A stretch of DNA of 32,000 nucleotides from Candidatus Nanohalobium constans (GTDB lineage: Archaea; Nanohalarchaeota; Nanosalinia; Nanosalinales; Nanosalinaceae). A program made the position numbers and the translations under genes. The notes under the pieces are model-generated. The model was not told where the DNA came from, ran no database searches, and saw only the letters and a list, made by a program, of their open reading frames with translations. Below are positions 25,551 to 32,000 of this stretch, piece after piece (position 1 is the first letter of the stretch; each line of letters starts with the position of its first letter). Location: positions 570,001 through 602,000 of the forward strand of contig NZ_CP040089.1 of NCBI RefSeq assembly GCF_009617975.1, read 5' to 3'.

Positions 25551-25599
25551 TGCGTATATGCCCGAGTTAGACTCATTGAGAAAACCGCCAGGTTTTCGT

Positions 25600-25614
25600 C
25601 TGAGCTTAGTCGGG
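25600..25614 (-). repeat. Partial copy of the tRNA-Tyr 5' end (15 nt, 1 mismatch)
   Basis: CTGAGCTTAGTCGGG versus CTGAGCTAAGTCGGG at 25480-25494. Confidence 0.85.
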
Positions 25615-25657
25615 TGTTGTAAGAATTGGTTTACTGGTTAAAGTTTTTAAGGTGTGT

Positions 25658-27016
25658 TCAGGTATTGAATTCTGCGGAGGTGGTGTTGCTTTCTGCTATT
25701 TTCTTTCCTTCCGTGTCTCTGATGGTGGCAGGTTGGAAGTCTACTTCTTCCTCTACCTGTACTTTTGGTCTTATCTTGTATTGTATGATTCTCTGGTCTC
25801 CTGGCTCTAGGTCTTCTACTTGCCAGGTTAGTTTGGTTCCTTCGTTTGTTTTCCTGATTTTTGGCGTGTTCATGGAGAAGCTTTCGTCTACCGTTGCTAT
25901 GTCTGGGATGAATTCTTCTAGTTCAAGTTGTTCTATTGTTTTTTCGCCGTTGTTCTCTATTTCTAGGTTTATTTTGATGCTGTTTCCGTCGGTTTCTGCG
26001 GTTTTGATCAGTGATATGTTGTTTCCGAGGAGTTTGATCGCTGCCAGCATCAGTATCAGCAGTGTTATGGCTGCTACCGGGATCCAGTAGTTTACTTGGT
26101 ATGTTGCTGAGAACTGTTCGTCTGGTTGAAGTGTTTTTTGCCAGGTGTAAACGGTTTTTCCGTCTATTTCCTGTGTTTGGTTAGGTTTTATGCTTGTTGA
26201 TGTGATTGATTGTAGGTATGCTGGTGTTTCAGCGGTTAATGTTACGTTTGTAGGTGAGTTGCCTGTGTTTTTTGCCTTCACTGTTTTTTCAAATACTAGG
26301 ATTTTGTTATTGGTTTGTTGTGTTTCTGAAATGTTCTTTACTGTTTCTATCGTGGTTTTTTGTGCTGCTGTGGTCTGTAGTTTGTTGTCTGCTGTTACGG
26401 TGTATTCTATCTGGTTTGTTCCGGGCGTGGCGTTTTTGTCTGTTCTGAAGCTGAATTCGTATCTTCTTGTTCCTCCTGGAAGTATTCTTGTGCCTGTTTC
26501 TGTCTTTGTTTTGTTTTTGTAGGCTGCTTTGACTTGGTAGTTTTCTATTGGTTGGCTGTCTAGGTTTTTGACTTCTATTTCTGTGTTTATTATTTCTCCG
26601 GGGATGAAGCTTGTTTTTTCTTGTTTTAGGTCTATTATGTGTAGTTTGTAGGGTTGTTGGACGTTGAAGATGCCTGTGAATTGTTTAGTTTTGCCGGTTT
26701 TCTGTTCTCTTATTTTTCCGTCAAAGCGGTATCGTTGTTGTAGCGCGTCTTCTACTGGCGAAGCTGTTATCTGGAATGTTTTGTTTGAGTATCCTGGTGC
26801 TTTGATGGTTTTGGGATAGTAGAGCCAGGATGATTTTGGTGATAGAATGGATACGGAGTAGGTCTGGTTGTCAGGGTTTTGGTTTTGTAGGGTTACGTTG
26901 AACACTGCGGGGGAGGACTGGTTTGCCGATGATTTTACCGGTGTTATTGAGGTCTCCAGTGCAGATACTGTGAATACGAGTAAGATTATTGCAGCCGGTA
27001 AAACTAGTTTCTTCAT
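25658..27016 (-). CDS. Surface protein with CARDB/DUF11-like domains and an internal TM segment
   Basis: Signal peptide MKKLVLPAAIILLVFTVSA. T/K/N/Q-rich beta-type domains with many N-x-S/T sequons. TM WIPVAAITLLILMLAAIKLL. Acidic C-terminal domain INLEIENNGEKTIEQLELEEFIPD...WQVEDLEPGDQRIIQYKI. Confidence 0.75.
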   Translation of the reverse strand: MKKLVLPAAIILLVFTVSALETSITPVKSSANQSSPAVFNVTLQNQNPDNQTYSVSILSPKSSWLYYPKTIKAPGYSNKTFQITASPVEDALQQRYRFDGKIREQKTGKTKQFTGIFNVQQPYKLHIIDLKQEKTSFIPGEIINTEIEVKNLDSQPIENYQVKAAYKNKTKTETGTRILPGGTRRYEFSFRTDKNATPGTNQIEYTVTADNKLQTTAAQKTTIETVKNISETQQTNNKILVFEKTVKAKNTGNSPTNVTLTAETPAYLQSITSTSIKPNQTQEIDGKTVYTWQKTLQPDEQFSATYQVNYWIPVAAITLLILMLAAIKLLGNNISLIKTAETDGNSIKINLEIENNGEKTIEQLELEEFIPDIATVDESFSMNTPKIRKTNEGTKLTWQVEDLEPGDQRIIQYKIRPKVQVEEEVDFQPATIRDTEGKKIAESNTTSAEFNT

Positions 27017-27077
27017 TAAGATGTTATTTGTTCAGCTGATTTTATTATACAACCGGGTTGGATCAGAGATAAATTTT

Positions 27078-27887
27078 TTAGATTCCTGCTGCTACTCTCA
27101 GGAATACTCGGAATCCTGTGCCTAGCCCGATTGAGTAAAGCGTTATCAATGCCAATGCCTTCATTTTCTCGTCTTCAAGATCGGTGATGATGGAGAGAGC
27201 TAGCAGAAGGATTCCTGTCTTCATCACGAATACACCCGGAAATCCTAGGATAGAGTTGAAAGCCTGAGCCAGTAGCTGTTTAGGATTGTAACTGTAGAAA
27301 CTGCTTATCATCGATGCAGATCCTTCAAAGAACTGGGTGAAAGCCAGCAAAATCATCGATGTTGAACTGTAGTCATTTTCAGCTAAGAAATAGTAGATTC
27401 CGGTTGCTGATAACGTTAGAGCGGCTGTGCCTACAACATAAAGAATGTTAAGTGATTTGAAGCCGGTTACAGCATAAGCGATTACCGGTAGGAGTAGTGC
27501 TGTGCCTGTGTATCCTAGTTTCTTATCTTCTAGTTTGTAGGTAGCTGGCAGGAATACTGCAGCTATCAAGAAGTATATGAGAGGTGTTATTAGAGGTATG
27601 CTGTACGGGTACTGGACTAGTTGAGCATCATCTAGGAATCTGAGTGTGCCCCCTAGCAGTATGAACGGGGTTGTGTATACTGCTGTCTTAGGAGTGATGT
27701 CGAATTCTCGGGAGTGGAAAAGCCTGTAGATTGCATATATTGTTGCTGAGGCTAGTAGAATGTAGAAAACTGTGTTGACTGGGTTGTATCCAGGTGTTGC
27801 TGTAACACCATTCCACAAAACTGTTTCTGCTCCTTTTGCATCGGCTACTATCGGTCCTACGATGTATTTCCAGAGCAGTTCTTTCAT
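27078..27887 (-). CDS. Polytopic membrane protein (possibly DUF63 family)
   Basis: 269-aa ATG ORF with about 7 TM helices. Family assignment is from memory only. Confidence 0.65.
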   Translation of the reverse strand: MKELLWKYIVGPIVADAKGAETVLWNGVTATPGYNPVNTVFYILLASATIYAIYRLFHSREFDITPKTAVYTTPFILLGGTLRFLDDAQLVQYPYSIPLITPLIYFLIAAVFLPATYKLEDKKLGYTGTALLLPVIAYAVTGFKSLNILYVVGTAALTLSATGIYYFLAENDYSSTSMILLAFTQFFEGSASMISSFYSYNPKQLLAQAFNSILGFPGVFVMKTGILLLALSIITDLEDEKMKALALITLYSIGLGTGFRVFLRVAAGI

Positions 27888-27891
27888 TGTA

Positions 27892-28260
27892 TTAAATTAC
27901 TGATTCCTGTTTTTCTGCAGGTTCTAGGTGTTTTGCTGCCCAGTCATGTAGCTGGTCAAGTACAGGTCCTAGTTCCCTTCCTGTCTGTGTGACCGAGTAT
28001 TTTACTCGGAAAGGTTTTTCGCTTACAACTTTTCTTTCAATCAAGCCTTTTTCCTGGAGGTCTTCCAGGTTTTCGCTTAGTACTTTGCTGGATATTCCTT
28101 TTACCTGTTCTTTCAGGTCGTTGAACCCTTTTTCCTCTTCTATAAGCATTGAGAGGATTACAGGGTGCCACTTTTTCCCGATGATATTGGAGGCGGCGGT
28201 CATTGGACACCATTCTTCGCCGGCACACCATGCTGGGATCTTATCATCACTCATACACAT
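27892..28260 (-). CDS. HxlR/DUF24-family winged-helix transcriptional regulator
   Basis: CPMTAASNIIGKKWHPVILSML...FNDLKEQVKGISSKVLSENLEDLQEKGLIERK...VKYSVTQTGREL. Has the conserved N-terminal Cys typical of redox-sensing members. Confidence 0.9.
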   Translation of the reverse strand: MCMSDDKIPAWCAGEEWCPMTAASNIIGKKWHPVILSMLIEEEKGFNDLKEQVKGISSKVLSENLEDLQEKGLIERKVVSEKPFRVKYSVTQTGRELGPVLDQLHDWAAKHLEPAEKQESVI

Positions 28261-28318
28261 GCAATAGACCTCAGTTATTTTTAACCTGAACCATTTTTCG
28301 CAGCTAATTTAACAAGTC

Positions 28319-28684
28319 ATGAAAGAGAAAGTAAGTATGGATGTACTTATCCTGGACTCAACAGAAAAGGAATTTGGAAAACATGCATATAGCCAGTTGG
28401 CCGAATTTCAGCTAGAAGCCGAAGTCAGTGAGACAGAGTTTGTAGATATTCCTGGAAAAATGAGTAGAAGTAGTGCAGAAGCATTCATCGTGATCTGTGA
28501 CACTTCCGAGGACTACATGGAACCCGTGATTGGAAAGATACTAGATCTGGAAGTAGAGAAAGGAATAGTGCAGAAAGTATTCTTAGATAGTTCGGGAGAA
28601 AGCCAAGAAGTCTTCGAGAGAAGAGGGAAAAGAGAGTCAGGTGAAGCCGCGGAAAAACTTGCAGAAAAGGTAAAAAGCCAATAA
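28319..28684 (+). CDS. Hypothetical acidic protein
   Basis: 121-aa ATG ORF. Its stop overlaps the next start by 1 nt (TAATG), so the two genes appear operonic. Confidence 0.55.
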   Translation: MKEKVSMDVLILDSTEKEFGKHAYSQLAEFQLEAEVSETEFVDIPGKMSRSSAEAFIVICDTSEDYMEPVIGKILDLEVEKGIVQKVFLDSSGESQEVFERRGKRESGEAAEKLAEKVKSQ

Positions 28685-29220
28685 TGACAGATTTAGACTC
28701 AGACTTCATAGAAAAATATCTTGAATACTATAGGAAGACTCAGGGAGTTCTTCCTGAGAAAATCCAGGAATTTGGAGAAAAATACCGTGAACAAGGTTTC
28801 TTGACTCAGGACCAGCTCTACGATATAGCGTTTGAATCTTCGACTCGTAGCGCATACCATGTAAGAAAAAATTCGGAGGGAAGATGTAGAGAAGTAACAG
28901 AGAATGTCTTGAATGTTGAAGGCGATTTTTCGCAAATCTCGTTGATCTGTGGTTTGTCAGGTTTCAAGGCGCCGACCGCGTCATGTGTACTAACTGCTTT
29001 AAACCCTGATAGACATGCTATAGTCGATACGCGTGTCTGGGCATCGCTTGAAAGGTTTGACTATGTAGAGGATAGGAAAGAGAGTTTCGGTCCTGATGAC
29101 TATGTTGAGATGATGAAGCATATCCGGGAAATAGCGGAGGAAACGGGTTTTACACCTGAGAAAGTCGGTTATGCTTTGTTTGCGTTTGACGATGATGTCA
29201 GGGAAGGAAATCTGCATTAA
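28684..29220 (+). CDS. Hypothetical protein with helix-hairpin-helix (HhH-GPD-like) motif
   Basis: LSGFKAPTASCVLTALNPDRHAIVDTRVW parallels the endonuclease III motif LPGVGRKTANVVL...VDTHIFR. The rest of the protein was not recognised. Confidence 0.55.
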   Translation: MTDLDSDFIEKYLEYYRKTQGVLPEKIQEFGEKYREQGFLTQDQLYDIAFESSTRSAYHVRKNSEGRCREVTENVLNVEGDFSQISLICGLSGFKAPTASCVLTALNPDRHAIVDTRVWASLERFDYVEDRKESFGPDDYVEMMKHIREIAEETGFTPEKVGYALFAFDDDVREGNLH

Positions 29221-30265
29221 ACAGTTTTTTCTTAATCTTCAGTCGTGTGAAGTAGTAGGTTTTTACCAAGTCTTTGAAGTGTCTGAGGAAATTTGCTGAG
29301 AATACAAGCTTGTTTTGGAAGATAAGCCCTGCTTTATCGCCGATACTGACTATAAGGAAGTTTTGCTCAGATTCGACCTGGTTCAGCGGTTCGCTATTGG
29401 ATACAATGTTTTCTGCTATTACTTCTCCTTGCTTCATTGCTTTGTGAGCTGTTTTCTGCCCTGAGACATCGACGCAGTCTCCTCCAGCAAAAATATCATT
29501 GTAGCCTATAGCTGACAGTCCTTGGTTGACTTCAATCCCTTTTCTGCCTGTTGAGAATATTTGCTTTACTGTTTCACTTGCTTTAACTCCTGCAGCCCAT
29601 ACAATTAGGTCAGCCGCCTCTTCTCCACCATCAGTAAAGGTGACGGATCCTTCAGCGACTTCAGAAACCTGTTTACCGCCTTTAAACTTGATGTCTTTGT
29701 TATGAAGTATTTCAAGCATTTTCTCGGAGCTTTTCTGATCCAGGTAGGACATTGGTCGTGTGTTTGCTTCTACGAGAGTGGTTTCAACTTCTTTTTCGGT
29801 TAGTTCTCCTGCTACTTCGATGCCAACGTAACCTGCTCCGACGATCACTGCTTTTTCAGCGTTCTCTGCTTTCTTGGAAAGTTTTTGTGCTGGTTTTATG
29901 CCCCATGCATGTTCTGCTGGGGATATATCGATTCCAAAGTTTTCGGGTGCGCCTCCTAATCCAGTTACAAGTTTGTCGTAGCCTATCAATCCGTTCCGTG
30001 TTTCAACGGTTTTTTCATCAGGTCTTACATCTTTTACCGTGGCTTCTTTCAGTTCTATTTGTTCGGGTAAGAACTCTTCTAGGTTGATTTCCAGTTCTTC
30101 TCTTTGGAAACGGTTTCTGATTATGTCGACTGTTCCTGGTATGTACTGATGCTTCAGAGTTTCATCTATTATAGTTACCTGTTTTCCAGCGTTAACCAGG
30201 TCTAATGCGGCGTTTACACCGAGAAATCCGGCGCCGAGAACTACTATTTTCTCGCTCACAGTCAA
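29198..30265 (-). CDS. NAD(P)/FAD-dependent oxidoreductase, type II NADH dehydrogenase-like
   Basis: Two dinucleotide folds, VVLGAGFLGVNAA and VIVGAGYVGIEVAGE, plus IFAGGDC. TTG/GTG start. Its 3' end overlaps the convergent gene by 23 nt. Confidence 0.85.
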   Translation of the reverse strand: MTVSEKIVVLGAGFLGVNAALDLVNAGKQVTIIDETLKHQYIPGTVDIIRNRFQREELEINLEEFLPEQIELKEATVKDVRPDEKTVETRNGLIGYDKLVTGLGGAPENFGIDISPAEHAWGIKPAQKLSKKAENAEKAVIVGAGYVGIEVAGELTEKEVETTLVEANTRPMSYLDQKSSEKMLEILHNKDIKFKGGKQVSEVAEGSVTFTDGGEEAADLIVWAAGVKASETVKQIFSTGRKGIEVNQGLSAIGYNDIFAGGDCVDVSGQKTAHKAMKQGEVIAENIVSNSEPLNQVESEQNFLIVSIGDKAGLIFQNKLVFSANFLRHFKDLVKTYYFTRLKIKKKLFNADFLP

Positions 30266-30315
30266 TTATTTTTGATCTCTGATTTATTAGACCAAAGGTA
30301 AAGAAGAAAGAAGAA

Positions 30316-30762
30316 TCAGGAGAGTCTGCCGCATCGGGCAGTTAACTCTGCTTCCTCAATTATATGTCCTTCCATGGCTTCATCGAGTTCTTCTCGGGAA
30401 GCTCCTTCCTCCAGGTCAAGTTCTGTGTCTAGTGCGTACAGTCTGAAGTAGTAAGTGTGCTCTCCATCCGGAGGATTAGGACCGTTGTAACCTGTTTTTC
30501 TGAAGTCGGTCGTACCTTCAATCCCCGGGGCTTCATCCTCAGCAATTCTATCTGCGTCTGCTGGGATGTTCCACATCGTCCAGTGCACCCAGATCTTTCC
30601 GGCTGGTTCAACCGCGTCAGGATCATCGGCTATAACAACTAGTGATTCAGCCTTCTCCGGAACACCTTCTATCTCAAGCTCCGGACTAGTGTTCTCCCGC
30701 GGATACCCATGTTTTTCAGGTAGTTTCTCACCATCTTCAAACTCTGGCGAAGTAATTCTCAT
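30316..30762 (-). CDS. YbhB/YbcL-family PEBP (Raf kinase inhibitor-like) protein
   Basis: NTSPELEIEGVP...LVVIADDPDA...WVHWTMWNIP...GYNGPNPPDGEHTYYFRLYALD. Confidence 0.9.
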   Translation of the reverse strand: MRITSPEFEDGEKLPEKHGYPRENTSPELEIEGVPEKAESLVVIADDPDAVEPAGKIWVHWTMWNIPADADRIAEDEAPGIEGTTDFRKTGYNGPNPPDGEHTYYFRLYALDTELDLEEGASREELDEAMEGHIIEEAELTARCGRLS

Positions 30763-30878
30763 TGTCTACAAATTGATGCCCGAAATCTATAAGTTTTCGA
30801 AACCTGTTAGGCTCTTCGGAAAATGCAGAGCAAATTCTGCAGCAGATCTCAAGGCTTGTAAGAATTAATTTTTCTGAG

Positions 30879-31067
30879 TTAGTCTCTGTCCTTGCTTCGA
30901 GCTAACATAGTTTTAGCTATTGTGAGAGCCAGTACTATCCCTGTCATAACCAGGAACGCCTTTTGAATTTTCTTCTTAATTCTTCCTCTTCTCCTTCTCT
31001 TCTCCCTTTCTCTGAACTCCTCTTCCATCTTTTTCCTTAACTCATCGAAAGTTGGATAGTCACGCAT
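30879..31067 (-). CDS. Small tail-anchored basic protein
   Basis: 62-aa ATG ORF with a charged REREKRRRRGRIKKK segment followed by one TM. No homology recognised. Confidence 0.4.
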   Translation of the reverse strand: MRDYPTFDELRKKMEEEFREREKRRRRGRIKKKIQKAFLVMTGIVLALTIAKTMLARSKDRD

Positions 31068-31224
31068 GCACCTACTGATGTCAAGAGTCTGTTAAACCGG
31101 TTTATGTAGAATAAAACATGTATCAATGAATCTTTGAAATAAAACAAGCATAGTAGAAAGCTTCAAACAGTCGTATATTTAATTAGACGGAAGAGGACTA
31201 AAAAGGAGGAAATAAATTGTTTGC

Positions 31225-31584
31225 ATGGCATTACTAGACAATCTTATAGTTTTTATCGTCGGAATAATAATAGGAGGCTTGGGAATACATTTTGGAGCAA
31301 TGTTCACGTTAGGCAGAGCCGACTTCTCCAAAGCAGTTAAAACCGCATTAATCGGTGCCGTAGTATGGAGCATAGTCGGTTTCTTCCTAGGAGGAATACC
31401 ATTCCTTGGACCTTTAATCACATTTATAGCATGGCTAGGAGTGATAAAAATAAGCTACGAAGGCGGCTGGATAAACGCAGCAGCAATCGCACTCATAGCC
31501 TGGATCTCAGTACTTATAATCCTCTACCTGCTTGCAGCCATAGGAATCGGAGGCTTCGAAGCAATAGGAGTACCAGGAGTTTAG
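31225..31584 (+). CDS. Small G/I-rich polytopic membrane protein
   Basis: 119-aa ATG ORF with 4 hydrophobic helices. Followed by the hairpin GGGAA-CAT-TTCCC and CTCTTTTTATCTT. Confidence 0.6.
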   Translation: MALLDNLIVFIVGIIIGGLGIHFGAMFTLGRADFSKAVKTALIGAVVWSIVGFFLGGIPFLGPLITFIAWLGVIKISYEGGWINAAAIALIAWISVLIILYLLAAIGIGGFEAIGVPGV

Positions 31585-31717
31585 GGAACATTTCCCCTCT
31601 TTTTATCTTGTTAATTAATTTGGTCTGCAAATACCCCGGAGAAAATACCTTCGCTAAAGACGAATTGTTCCGTTACCGGTGCAAAAAAATTTATCACATT
31701 TTGTAAGAAAAATTATT

Positions 31718-31790
31718 TGGCAGGACCCGGATTTGAACCGGGGTCTGGCCGTCCCAAACGGCCAATGATAGTCCACTACACCATCCCGCC
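31718..31790 (-). tRNA. tRNA-Pro (anticodon UGG)
   Basis: The reverse complement is GGCGGGATGGTGTAGTGGACTATCATTGGCCGTTTGGGACGGCCAGACCCCGGTTCAAATCCGGGTCCTGCCA. Acceptor GGCGGGA/TCCTGCC (one G-U), anticodon arm GGCCG-TTTGGGA-CGGCC, T arm CCCGG-TTCAAAT-CCGGG. No encoded CCA. Confidence 0.92.
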
Positions 31791-31818
31791 AAACTTCTGA
31801 AAGTTTGATCATCAAGGT

Positions 31819-31896
31819 GCATGGTTCGGCGAACCATGCTTTGCGTGCGTTGAAGACCATTTGGTCTTCTGCTCTAGAAAACCTTTCGGTTTTCGT
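31819..31896 (-). other. Three consecutive perfect hairpins in the tRNA-Pro upstream spacer
   Basis: GCATGGTTC-GGC-GAACCATGC (31819-31839), GAAGACC-ATTT-GGTCTTC (31852-31869), GAAAACC-TTTC-GGTTTTC (31877-31894). Confidence 0.7.
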
Positions 31897-31926
31897 AGGA
31901 TCTGAGCGTAACCAGTCCGTTCAGTC

Positions 31927-31939
31927 ACACCATCCCGCC
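31927..31939 (-). repeat. Exact 13-nt copy of the tRNA-Pro 5' end
   Basis: ACACCATCCCGCC is identical to 31778-31790. Confidence 0.85.
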
Positions 31940-32000
31940 TTCCTGTATTATCTGGTTTGGTACACTAGTTTTAAAATAGGATTTCCGTCTTCGCGTAGGG

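Noticed and set aside
25495-25657. The extra tRNA-Tyr 5' copies as additional tRNA genes or split-tRNA halves.
   Set aside because: Neither unit contains an anticodon arm or T arm, and the complete tRNA downstream needs no trans partner. They are reported as partial duplications only.
25626-26522. Plus-strand ORFs 25626-26090, 26190-26522 and 26254-26448, which encode F/L/V/C-rich hydrophobic peptides.
   Set aside because: They lie antisense to the surface-protein gene. The T/G-rich strand simply lacks stop codons, so their openness is compositional rather than coding evidence.
31791-31940. The tRNA-Pro upstream spacer as a box C/D or H/ACA sRNA (UGAUGA at about 31806-31811 minus sense; CUGA near the distal copy).
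   Set aside because: The order is wrong (D-like before C-like), there are no terminal pairing or guide regions, and no ACA box follows a pocket hairpin. It is kept as an unexplained structured spacer.
1-32000. Search for CRISPR arrays, integrase/transposase genes, toxin-antitoxin pairs and known defence-system genes.
   Set aside because: No regularly spaced direct repeats were found. No recombinase, transposase or nuclease/helicase/defence signature appears in any ORF. The only att-like repeats are the short tRNA 5' copies, and no mobile-element cargo lies between them.

Overview
Gene-dense, moderately AT-rich archaeal chromosome segment. Almost all predicted proteins are strongly acidic (D/E-rich). 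Promoters look archaeal: a TATA-like box sits about 25-30 nt before most start codons, so most genes appear leaderless. tRNA-Tyr has a C1-G72 pair and a short variable loop, neither tRNA encodes CCA, and a stand-alone 5S rRNA resembles haloarchaeal 5S. Together this fits a low-GC, salt-in halophilic archaeon, possibly Nanohaloarchaeota/DPANN-like; this is inference only. Content: three consecutive Nudix domains, an orphan 5S rRNA hidden under spurious ORFs, and an LMF1/HTTM-like membrane protein. Next come an RNA m5C methyltransferase with a detached PUA-like domain, a cysteine-free family-4-type uracil-DNA glycosylase and a pterin carbinolamine dehydratase. A thiol-redox neighbourhood follows (class I disulfide oxidoreductase, SDR epimerase, CPHC thioredoxin-like protein), then a P2-type cation ATPase and a 570-nt region without a confident gene. 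After an SPFH protein lies a translationally coupled operon of four DER-motif membrane paralogs, an XRE regulator and a DUF3784-like protein. Two ABC-2 exporter modules follow, one with a surface protein. A block of non-acidic, sequon-rich secreted/envelope proteins flanks tRNA-Tyr. The window ends with an HxlR regulator, an HhH-like protein, an NDH-2-like oxidoreductase, a PEBP protein and tRNA-Pro. Most unusual: both tRNA genes are preceded by a duplicated copy of their own first 13-16 nt. That copy sits at promoter distance from the only TATA-like box. Hairpin-rich spacers of 105-136 nt separate the distal copy from the complete tRNA, and both spacers share the motif AGAAAACC-N4-GGTTTTCGT. 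No CRISPR array, integrase, transposase or recognisable defence gene was seen.
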